A stretch of 64,000 nucleotides of DNA from assembly GCF_009914755.1 (NCBI RefSeq), contig NC_060929.1; one strand, given 5' to 3'. The notes beneath the pieces are model-generated. The model saw nothing but the letters and a program-made list of their open reading frames with translations, had not been told where the DNA came from and ran no database searches. The translations under genes and the position numbers were made by a program. Below, piece after piece: positions 13,446 to 25,060 of this stretch; positions within the stretch are counted from its first letter, which is position 1, and every line of letters starts with the position of its first letter. The stretch comes from the human T2T-CHM13v2.0 reference genome, Homo sapiens.

Positions 13446-13924
13446 TCCTCCAACCGTGTTTCCCAAGAAGGCTCTGAAGTTATGTCATTGTAGTGAGATT
13501 CCTAGAGGAATACCATGAAGAGGTCTTACAACCCAGATGTAAACAACACCGTCTGCTGAAAGCTAAACAATAAAAAATGGATTAGAGCAAAAGGATGTAA
13601 AGTCATCTTGACTTCTTATCAACAAACCAGGTATGACACTAGAGTCAACAAACCTAAAAATGTAGTATGTCAACCAGAAGAAGTCAGCTATAAAAACAGG
13701 AAAATGGTGCCCCCACAACAAAGAGCAGCCACAGTAAACATCCAGGTTGGCTTATTCTTGGGAGCTCCAAGAATGCACCCAGTGTTGACACATGCCTAAT
13801 ATGGATTAGACTACCTGGCTTTTCTCTAGGGCCTTGCTTTTCAATCTTTTCTTCGTTATTATCCCCTCCCAAGGAACCCTTTGGACTTTTTCCCCCTAAT
13901 TGTTTCCCTATGAAATGTTAAGAT

Positions 13925-14062
13925 CATAGATATATTGTGTATCTATTTATATATAGTATGTACAGCTGTACTTTACACATAAAGAGTAGGATCCCCTTCT
14001 CACCACCAAGAATTAATTTTTGCCTCCTTGGTGTCAATATTGCCCCAATTGAGAATACATGC
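13925..14062. mobile_element. hAT-Charlie-type MITE fragment (family uncertain)
   Basis: ccaagaattaatttttgcctccttggtgtcaatattgccccaattgagaatacatg resembles a Charlie terminus. Confidence 0.4.
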
Positions 14063-14700
14063 TCCAGGGACACTTCAAACTTGCTGTCTTGCAGTAAAAG
14101 CTCAACATTATACGACAGACTTTTTAACATTCCAGCATATTTTCATTTATGTGCACTATTATTTTAGCAGACACTCTTAGAGTGATGCTCTGAAAATAGC
14201 CATGGCATTAGATTCATGTTATTTTGTGTAGAATAAACTACTTTCTATACTTACAATGTGAACTTGCATATATTGGCTTGGAATTTAGCCACATCTGATA
14301 TAAACATGGCCTCTGTCTCTCTTGCCAAAAGTTAGTGGCAAAATGAGAAGAACCTGTTGTATCTTATTGCTAGTCTTTACAGTTACTACAACTACACAAA
14401 AGCTTCTCTGGACATCCTGACTCTAGTTTGATATCATTCCTATTTATTAAGCCTCTCCTTGACCATTTCTTCTAGAAAAATCATCTATTAATTTATTCCT
14501 TGCCCCAAATCGAACACAGGTTTTCCTTTCTCTATACCTTTGTTTCTGCTCCTCTTTTTGTGTGAAATGTCATCCTTTTTTGCATCTACCCATGCAAATT
14601 CAAGGCACATTTCTTTCATAAAGTATTCTCAGCCCATGGTGACCTCCTCCTTCTCTCCTCCAGCAGCACTTCCCATGTCTAGTATTATTTGGTATGTATT

Positions 14701-15367
14701 CGTTACTGGTGGAAGAGATCCGAGTTACCCCAAGTTACCAGTGGCATATCTGTAGGCCTCTGCAGCAATTTTAGTCCCTACTTCCTCAGAAAAAAGAATT
14801 TGACTGAGGGGCATAAAGCAGAAAAAGAGACTGAGGCAAGTTTCAGAGCAGGAGTGGAAGTTTATTTAAAAAGGCTTCAGAACATGAAAGAAAAGGTTCA
14901 CTTGGCAGAGATCCAAGAGGGCTCCTGAAGGTCAAAGAGAGAAAAAGGGGCATTTAACCTTGATCCTAGGGCTTTCTAGGCTCACCTCTTTTCCATGATT
15001 CTTCCCTTAGGATGGGCTTCCCAAATGCTCAGTACCCTCCTTACCCTTAAGAATTGAGCAGGGGCAGTGTGTTTAGGAAGGTGTACACATGCCCATCTGA
15101 GGCTTTCTTCCTTTTTCCTGTGGAGTGTACTAGGAAGGTTGTGCTTCATCATCTTGTCTGTTAAGGCACATACCCAGGAAGTTTTTCTCCCTGGCATCCA
15201 TATTCAATTCACACTTTAACGTTAATAGCTATGGATAATCAGGAAATGTCCTCTCCCTGGCTTTAGAGATGTAGTGTGTTAGTTACTGAACCATCACCTG
15301 ATATTCCCAGTGGGTTGGGGGAGAGCCCTCTCCTGCCCCGCTCACACCTATCTAACTACCTGTAACA
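14701..15367 (-). mobile_element. ERV1 solo LTR, MER50-like
   Basis: Minus start tgttacaggtagttagataggtgtgagcggggcaggagagggctctcccc; aagaatttgactgaggggcataa; 4-bp TSD tatt at 14697-14700 and 15368-15371. Confidence 0.85.
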
Positions 15368-15934
15368 TATTTATGGACTCCTCAAGGGCCTAGAATAGGG
15401 TCCACACACACATACACTGAACACCAAAATGAGGATGGAAGCCCTTTTCTACAATACTCATGACAGCTGTTAATAATCAGTTATTCCCACTGAACAATGA
15501 AGAAGCTCAAGAGAGACACTTTTAGTGATGTCAAGTTAATATACAAATAAAAGCTAATTGCCTCCTGGGTTTTGTTATTATCTTTATAGACCCAGAGCCC
15601 TTAACATAATCTATGTACACAGAATATGTTCAGGAATAAATATTTCTTTGATAAATGAATAGGTGAATAAGTCTATCCAATACGGATGCCTCCAAGAATG
15701 CTACAGCCTTCATTCCAGAGCCTACAGGAAACCTAAATGGAAAGGACAGAGAAAAAATGAAGACAATAAGAGGGAGGTAAATATTAGTCACATCTAGGTG
15801 ATGTTTGCCTGAGCTCTTAACTTCTCTGGATGTCAACTAAAAAAAAAAATGTAAATGATATATTCTAGGACTAAAACCCAAAGTTACCCTATATCTAAAC
15901 TGCTAAAGTAATTGTCTTCAATGTCATGAAAACA

Positions 15935-16215
15935 TTTGTCAAGAGAAGAAAAGACTCAGGTAGGCCCCAGTAGCTGCTTTTACATATCTGAAAAGATCAT
16001 TCAGTTTTCAGCTCAAAAGAAAGAAATTTCTTACAGTAAAATCTAGTCAAGGTCAGATTAAACTTCTTTTGGAGATGAGTCACATGACACTAACAGCATT
16101 GAAGAATACATTGGACAGCTTGGCAGGAAATCATTAGAAGGCATTCAAACAGCGGAAGAGGGCAGGGGAGACTGGACCACCCTAAATTCTTCCCCAGCCA
16201 CATGAGACTGTAATC
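15935..16215 (+). mobile_element. L3/CR1 3' relic
   Basis: agaagaaaagactcagg...tagctgcttttacatatctgaaaag; tttcagctcaaaagaaagaaatttcttacagt. Confidence 0.55.
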
Positions 16216-16859
16216 CAGATGGCTCATTCCAGGGCTAACTGGTAATTTACTGTGAGTATCATATTCAGAGCATACAAGCCATTCTCTGAAAGGGCCTGAT
16301 TCCTTTATCTCATGAGGACACAAGCTATACTCTTAAACCTTGCAACTTCCTATGCTCAGTGACAAACAAAGGAATCATCACAATGAAGAAAAAATGAAAA
16401 AAACAAGTAGCTGCTTAAAATTACCATTATTGTTGCTGCTGTAAAGAAAAGCATTTGTTGATTTCTGCTTTTGTCCTACTCACAAAATTACCAAGATGCT
16501 TTTCCCAGGTGTGGAGTAGCTCTTTTGATTACAGGCTGTTTGAATATTACATTTCTTCCCAGACAGCGACTTTATGCTGTAGGCAAATTGAGCTGTTTTC
16601 ATATAAATACAGCCAGTCCTTCAGCAATATTTTAATTACCAACTAAATGGGTACTTGACTTTCTCCCCCACAACCCACCACACATTACAATCCTCTGAAT
16701 GACCTCCCTAATTCAGGTAGACCCATGGGAAAATCATTAAACCCAAAGTTGAAGTGTTTCCTAGAATTCCTCCATTATAATACTTATTCATCATATACAC
16801 CGTGCAATAATACCTTCTCTAAGTAACCCAAAGCCCTTTCTTGGTAGAGAAAGCTCCAT

Positions 16860-17080
16860 AAAAATAACTGATGTCTGCTGAGTACGTAATGTGTGTTACT
16901 TACATAGTGCTCACAAAACTGATGAAATAAATATTATCATTCCCATTAATTAAATGAGGAGTTACTGAGGCTTTGAAATTAGGTAAATGGCCCAAGGGGA
17001 CAGAGTTAATATGCAGTGCAGCTGGAATTCAACCCTATGCCCATTTTGTTTTAGAGCCTGAGTTCTTTACCACAATGTTA
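16860..17080 (-). mobile_element. MIR
   Basis: tattatcattcccatt...actgaggct...aggtaaatggcccaagg...gctggaattcaaccc. Confidence 0.7.
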
Positions 17081-17090
17081 TGCTTTAAGT

Positions 17091-17234
17091 CATTGATTCT
17101 CAAAACGTAGCCCCTGAATCATCATCAGCAGCATAACCTGGGAACTTCTCAGAAATGCAAATTTCCAGGCCCCACTATATTTACTGAATCAAACTCTGTC
17201 TTCCAGTGATTCTGATGTATTCTGAGAACTACTG
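17091..17234. mobile_element. MER5A
   Basis: cattgattctcaaa...cagcagcataacctgggaacttctcagaaatgcaaatttccaggcccca...tgagaactactg. Confidence 0.8.
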
Positions 17235-17618
17235 AGCTAAGCAAATAATGTTATCTCTACTCTGTGTCAAGAGTCATGCTAGGTACAATATAAGCTACAG
17301 AAGAAGTTTGGTTTCTTCACAGAAGAGTTTATGATTTAGGAAAGGAAAAAAAAAGATTAAAATAAAAAGAATGAGTAGTATAGAGAAACACACATAGAAT
17401 TTAATAAATATTTGTTCGTTAATTGAAATAGATTCGAAATTGTAGGCTGAATGATTTTGTGGATTTAAATTTTCTGCAACTTCCTTTTCTCCCTCCTGCA
17501 TATCTATTCAAGCTTGGGAAATATTTTACGAAGCTTAACAAAAATATTTCATTTTCAGATACACTTATGTATGTGTCTCTTAGTCTACTATGTATTTCTA
17601 ATGTTTGTGTGATGTTAG

Positions 17619-17940
<322 letters not shown>

Positions 17941-18873
17941 TGTTAGTATAAGTACCTTGCATTTTAATTTTCAGAAGACTTTCCAGTAGAGAAGGACACT
18001 TCTTCAAATGGACTAATCCCAAGGAGCTGAGTTCTGAATCTGCCATGTATACCCCACACAGATTCTGCTGAACAGTGGAAGGAGGCCAGGATGGGAAGTT
18101 TGTCAAAGGGTCACACTAAGGTTCATTCTGCAACCCATCTACACTCCTGAGTGTTTCCCAAATGCTCTGGCATCACTGTCAACATTGTTAACTCATCCTC
18201 TCAGAAATAAGGCCTTCATTTTCTTTTAAAAACAGGATTAGAACCTGGCAGGCCATCAGTATATAAATTTGTTTAATTTAGTCAGTGATTCTCAACAAGG
18301 ATAGCTTCATCCCAAGGGGGAACTTTTTGGTATTACAACTGTTTGATGCTACAAGCTTTTACTGAGTGAGATCAGAGATGTTAGAAATCTTGCAATTCAT
18401 CAGACCTATACTAAGAAAAATTGTCCTATATCCCCCAAACTTTCTGAATACCTTGCCAGGCCCTCGGGAGGTGGAAAATACAGTTTATGATAATCTGAGC
18501 CTAGAACCTAAGTAAATTTTACACATAAACAAATGGCATTTTTGCATGGTGTTATGCGAAATTTTCTAGGAATGTAACTGTAAGGTAAATCAAGGGAAGA
18601 TCATATTTTTTTTCATAACTTTATCAAGACTTATTCACTATTTCAATAAAGCATTCAGTCATCAGTATTGACGTTCTGTTTGTCTTGCTAATGATACACC
18701 AATATCAGTAGGTACTTGTAGCTTTGACAGTCATTATGAATTTAAATGTGTATGTTAAGCCTCAATTTTGAAACAGCAATTATAATAAAAAGTATTGATT
18801 ATATTCAGATATATATTGTCTTATTGTCATATTTCTCTCAAATCTAAACATGTTGTTCATTATAAGTAGATGT

Positions 18874-19022
18874 GGCTGGGCAGGGTGGCTCATGCCTGTA
18901 ATCTCAGCACTTTGGGAGGCCGAGGCAGGAGGATTGCTTGAGCCCAGGAGTTTGAGATCAGTCTGGTCAATAAAGTGAGAGCCCATCTCTCGCAAAAAAA
19001 AAAAAAAAAAAAGATAAAGAAA
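18874..19022 (+). mobile_element. FLAM_C (Alu left monomer) with A tail
   Basis: Monomer with ggaggattgcttgagcccaggagtttgag; TSD aagta(g/c)atgt at 18864-18873 and 19023-19032. Confidence 0.88.
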
Positions 19023-19170
19023 AAGTACATGTGTTGTAGAATACTGTATCAAGGTAACAAATAATATAATTGTATTATAAATGAATCTTTTTGTATTACT
19101 TTTTATATTTGGATTTTATAAAAGTATGATTTTGTTGATTACCAGAGATGGTGAATTCCTCTTCAAAGGG

Positions 19171-19613
19171 TTTAATTGAGTAATGTCCTTGTCCTTGGTT
19201 CAGAGGCCTCACCTCCTTGTACTTTCTTGTTTCTAGCCTGCTAGCAGCCCTCCCACTCTCGTTGTGCACCCTGACTTGCCCAGACATGTCCGAACATGCC
19301 TTGTGCTGTAGCAGAGGGACCACTCCTTCCGCCTCCCTCCCTTGCAGATGGAACGTTTACCTTAATTGGAAAAGTTTAAGTCAGCCAACCAGGGTCAGCC
19401 TAGATTGTGCAGTCCAACCCTAGCTAATAGGGGAAGGACACAGGGATAGGGACTGCATTACGAATAAAAACACCTTCTCTCCTTTGTTTGGTGTGCTCTC
19501 ACAGCAGCCAAAAGTGCAAGTGGCACCCTTCTGAAGAAGTAAATTTGCCTTACTGAGAAATCCTTTGTTTGAGTGCTCATTTTCCTTGAAACTCTGAGCT
19601 CTTGTTTCTAACA
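19171..19613 (+). mobile_element. LTR47-like ERVL solo LTR
   Basis: gcacccttctgaagaagtaaatttgccttactgagaaa...gagctcttgtttctaaca 3' end. Confidence 0.75.
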
Positions 19614-19883
19614 TTGATGAAAATGTTGATTTGATCAAAGTATGCATCAAAGTTGTTTATATTATAAGCTTCATATCAGGATATGAAAAACATTATGAAA
19701 TATTTGTTATTAAAAAGGAGCTCTGGGTCAAGTAAGGTTGAAATATGAATAAACAAATGATGTTTTGATGTATACATTTTTCTGTATTACTCTTCCTAGA
19801 CTATAAACGCCACAGGTCCAGGCATCTGTTACATTCACCATTGTAACACCAATGCCTAGGATAGACCATCTCACCTAGCAGGA

Positions 19884-20462
19884 TCACTCACTCACTCTAC
19901 AAACATTTGCTGAGCATCGCTGAGTCAGGAACAAAGGGAACATACCCATGGATAAGACAGCAACCAACAAATGGCAAGTAGTATACATATAGACTGGAGC
20001 AAGTCCTAGCAGGAAAATACAGGTGGTAGAAGAACAACCTAGGATGGGTGTAATTTGACAGCATGGTAAAAGCGGGTCTCTCTGACAAGGTGACTTTTGT
20101 AAAAAGGCTGAGCTGTGAAAGTAAGCCAGCCATGAGAGAGCCCTGAAAGAGCATTCTGGGCAAAGGGAACTGTGACACAAATGCCTAAGGCAAGGTAGGG
20201 ATGAGCTTGACCTCAGGACAGAAAGCCAGATGTGTGGCTAGAAGGTAGTGATAGAGATGGTGGGAGATGAAAGTGATACAAGGTGAACTGAAAGAAGCAG
20301 TCAGGCGCCAAATCTCACTTGGCCTCATGGGTCTTGGTAACACATTGGAATTTTATTCTGAGAGCAATATGAGGCTACTGGAGTCTTTTAGGGAGAAAAG
20401 GAATATGATCAAGTTTCCATTTTAAAAAGATTACTCTGGCTGCAGTGAGAAGATTAGACTAT
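19884..20462 (-). mobile_element. L2a 3' fragment
   Basis: tcactcactcactctacaaacatttgctgagca; ctctctgacaaggtgactttt; ttttaaaaagattactctggctgc. Confidence 0.8.
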
Positions 20463-21422
20463 TCAATGTTCACTAGTTATTTGAATAAGTAAATGCCCAA
20501 ATAAATACATTTTTTGCATGAATGAATGAATAAATCTGTGAATTCAATGACACAAAAAATGCCAAGGGCTGCAGCCCTATGCTGGGCTCACATGACACCT
20601 CACTCCTCCTTTACCTTGCTTTATAACCTCCCATCTGTCCCTTTCTGAACCTCAGGTTCCTCACGGTAGGAAAATAAGGCCTTGAAGATCCCCTCCAGCT
20701 CTGGAAATAATTCAATAACTCCTGCCAACCCCACCCCACTGCCAAGGCTCTCAGGCTGCAAACAGCTGAAAAGGAATGATGAATGCCTCTGCTCTGTTTA
20801 TCATCCTCGCTTTGGCATTTCATCTGCAGCTGGAGCCCTCTCTATAAGACCACTCAGCAGCTATAAGCTGACTAATTTCCATGTTGATTGCAAAGCTAGA
20901 AATGTACACACTTGTAATTCTTATTCTTGGCCCAAATGCTTCTTGTCGGCAGTATCTCTGACGATGAGGCGCTGACACCACTCACTAGTTATTGTCTGAC
21001 GTGCTTGCTATTGATATGAGTGGGTTTAGGAAGATGCACAATTTGATAATCAGACCCCATCTGCAAAGCAATCACGAGTCACATTATGGAGAAAATTTAA
21101 GTAAATGCTGGAGATGTGACTGTCTTATTTTCAACTTCCCTTACCCTAGCAAAGACTGAGTAAACAGATGTTGATGTATGAAACAATTTTGTATTTTTTT
21201 AAAATATAAAGAGCATCTCCCAGTGCTTTAGCATTTAATATAAGTACAGCAAATGACAGGCTATAAAACAAAATGCTTTTATGTGTATGATCTCCTTTTG
21301 CAAATGCATTGTATTAGAGTTGTAAAGTAATACGTGTTTGGTGAAGATATTCTGACCATGGGGAAACATACGACACTGAAAGAAAATATCCCTGAAGTAC
21401 ATTTCGGTATCACCCCCAGGTT

Positions 21423-21676
21423 GATGTAGTGCCTGAGGGCAGAATTTCTGGTCAAACTACATGGATTTAAGTCCTGTTTTCATCTTGTAGATCATTTTCT
21501 GTTCTGACCTCAGACTTACTATTTCACCTCTGTCCCTCAGTTTTTCCATCTGTAAAGTGGAAATAAAAATAGTACCCTCATAACAAAGTTGTGATGCCAA
21601 TCAAGTTAGTTAATGAATATAAAGCATTTAGAATAGTGCCTGACACATATTAAGAACTCAATATATATTTACTATT
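21423..21676 (+). mobile_element. MIR
   Basis: ctctgtccctcagtttttccatctgtaaagtggaaataaaaatagtacc...aaagcatttagaatagtgcctgacacata. Confidence 0.85.
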
Positions 21677-21799
21677 CTCCGTCTTACCAATTTTATTACT
21701 TCTCCTCTTCGAAGCCAACCATATTTCATGGTGTCCTACAGCTTTCAATCTAACAATTCATCTGCCCACATACCCTTTATTTCTATTTTTTTAATTAAA

Positions 21800-22065
21800 A
21801 ATGAAATGATAGGTATGACAGATTTTCAATTCTTTCCACTCAAAATATATCATGGGGATTTTATTAATATGTAGATCTGCATCGTTAACAGTTGCATAGT
21901 ATTTAATCTTAAGGATGGACTAGTGTTTAACCGTTTTTCAATTAATGAACACTTAGCCTGACTCTAACTTTTTACTGCTACAAATAGTGTTAAGGTAAAC
22001 TTTCCTATCAACGTATCTTTGCCCATTTGTGAGAATTTCTGTACAGGACAGATGCTGAGGAGTAC
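21800..22065 (-). mobile_element. L1ME-type 3' fragment
   Basis: ttaacagttgcatagtatt...atgaacacttag...tttttactgctacaaatagtg. Confidence 0.6.
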
Positions 22066-23043
22066 CTAATCTCATTTGTATCATCACAAAAACTCTAAGG
22101 GAAAACAGGGTGAGTGAGTGCTGCCATTCACAAAGGGGGCAAATTTTAAAAGTTGAAGAAATTTCCTTAACTCCTCACAAATGCACTCTTCATAGTACAT
22201 GATGGAAATGAGACAAATACTCAAGTCTTCCATTTCCAAACCCTATGCTCTTTCTACTAGATGATGAGTTGATTAAAGATTTGCTTAGTGTGTCTGATGA
22301 CTTTTGCAGCCTGCAAAGTTGCCTGTATTAAAAATCTTAATAGATTTATTAGCTCCAGCTGCAGGTGAGCCTGTCAGGCCTGACTATAAACTGATTGCAC
22401 ATAACTAGCCATGTCTCCTTTTTATATATGTCCACAGATAATTCCCCATCCTTAAACATGGGTTAGAGATAATATTTACTGATAACATGGTAAAGACACC
22501 ATACAGGGGATACAAAGGAAACAAAGTTAAAATCAGATCCTGTGGAGAGACTTTTCCCTCCATCAGCTCACAGTCTAGTAGATAGATATGAAATGTGTGT
22601 AAATAATTAAAATAAAAATTAGATTGATCACTCAAGCAAAGTGACAAATAGCAACTCTTGAGGGCTTAAGGAAGAAAAGACTGGTTATTAAAAAACATAG
22701 CCTACCCCTTCAAGCCTTCTCCTGAGTGTCCTGCCACCACATCCCTAAAGTAAATTAGGTATGGCATCAATCCTGTAACCTCATCATTTGAGTCCTTGCC
22801 ATCCACAGAATGACTATTTACTCATGAATGGACAGTACTCTAGCACTCAACCAAAAATGCTTAACTTTTGTCACTTAATTTGTGAATACAGATTACAAAA
22901 TTTTTACATATATATATATGTATATACATATAGAAAACTGTTGAGATTAAATGTGTAGCTGAAATGGTCTATCCAAAAGTTTGGATTGTTAAAATCAACT
23001 TTATATCATATTTTGGCAATATTCATTCAGGTGAATTACATAA

Positions 23044-23450
<407 letters not shown>

Positions 23451-24399
23451 TCAAATATATTTTCATAGCATTTGTTAGAGTCATTCTTTAGCAGCTTTTA
23501 TACCATGGTTTAACTCTACTATATTGGTACAAATGAAATTCTATTTCTTTTTGATGTTTGTGGTTATTTAAAATCCATAATCAGGCAAAGGGGAAAATGG
23601 GGTGGTCCTTAGCACTCTGATCCCTAGAATGAATTTTATCTTTTTACTGTAGGCATAAAAATAAATACCAAAAATGCCAGCTGTCTTAGCTATATTAACC
23701 AGTGTTCGCTATTAAGAGGCTGAACTTGTTGGATATTACTCATAGCAGTTTTAGGTGTAAACTTGCTTATCAATGCTCCTTGAAATTCTAATTTGTTTAA
23801 AAGACTGATGCTGTTAATATCCATTCGATTTTTTCATATGGAAATATTCTGGCTCAGAGGCTGCCAATATACAATTCCACATCCTACTTGAGCAGTGATT
23901 ATACTATAGATAAAAAGGTGGTGTAAGAGAGGCAGGTATACACATAAGTTCATAATCACTAGTATCTTTGTTAATAACAACTAATTCTAGAACAGCGAAA
24001 TAAAATATCTCCTGACACATTGCAAATATCTATGAGTTTCGGAAAAAAAAGAAAGAAAAGAACAATTTGATTGGTTCAGTGGAAATGAATCAGGAACATA
24101 TGCCTTGGATTTCTCAGTACGGGAACATGGCTGGCAAAATTCATTTAAACTATGCGGAACCCATAGTGCTTGAAAATGAGCTTGACAGACTGAAAATATA
24201 TCTGTGCTATCCTATGAGCAATGCAAATAACTCTTGAATTAAGCCCAGATTTTTTTCCAACAGGCCATGAAACCTAACTGTATAATAACAGCTTGCATTT
24301 CCATAGCTCTGTTTTTCTGCCTCAACAATCCTGAAATACCGTGAGCGATGCATCCATTTTTCCTCTTTTCGCTTACAGCAGAATGTTTCGGTGGGACAG

Positions 24400-24400
<1 letters not shown>

Positions 24401-24436
<36 letters not shown>

Positions 24437-24510
24437 GCTCTTTCTCTATATGTATATATGTATATGTATACACACATATATACATATATACACACACACA
24501 TATATACATA

Positions 24511-24551
<41 letters not shown>
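24401..24551. repeat. Compound (CA)n/(TA)n microsatellite
   Basis: (AC)17, short CT spacer, mixed TA/CA tract, then a second CA run. Confidence 0.97.
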
Positions 24552-24553
<2 letters not shown>

Positions 24554-24810
24554 ATGTTTTCTGGAGTTCAAAAGAAGAAAAACAGCCACCATCAATTAAA
24601 AGCTTACTGTGAAAAAAAATGCAGTTGCAGGGCACTCTAAAAGCATTCATGCATGTAATACTTTCAACAAATACAGAAAATAGGTTGTCTTGTCAATCTC
24701 TATTTTAAAGATGTGAAAATTGAGGTTTATAAGTAACTTGGCAAGTTAGAAATTGACAGAACTCCAGTCTGACTTACTACTTAGCTAGTAATTGTAATCA
24801 CTATGTTCTA

Positions 24811-25060
24811 CTTAGCATTACCAAAATACGACAGTTAAGTCTGAATTTCAGATAAATGATTAATATTTTAAAATGGATATGATCTATGCAATATTTAATG
24901 TCATGTTTATACTAAAAATAGTAATTTAATAATTTTTTAGTATAAAAATGTGCCATATATTATTTAGGATATATTAATACTTAAAAGTATTTGTTATTGA
25001 CCTATAATTCAAATTAACTGGGTGTTCCATGTTTTAATTTGCTAAATCTGGAAATCCAAC
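24811..25060. mobile_element. MER53-like palindromic hAT MITE with a duplicated centre
   Basis: cagttaagtctgaatttcagataaa...aattcaaattaactgggtgttccatgttttaatttgctaaatctggaaatcc. Confidence 0.75.

Larger units (their letters stand above)
18283..19747 (+). mobile_element. MER20B-like hAT-Charlie element split by a FLAM and an LTR47
   Basis: Begins cagtgattctcaac; ataatctgagcctagaacctaa; ends aaaaggagctctgggtcaagtaaggttgaaa. Confidence 0.7.

Noticed and set aside
24207-24650. Cys/Val- and His/Thr-rich ORFs
   Set aside because: Translation of the CA/TG microsatellite
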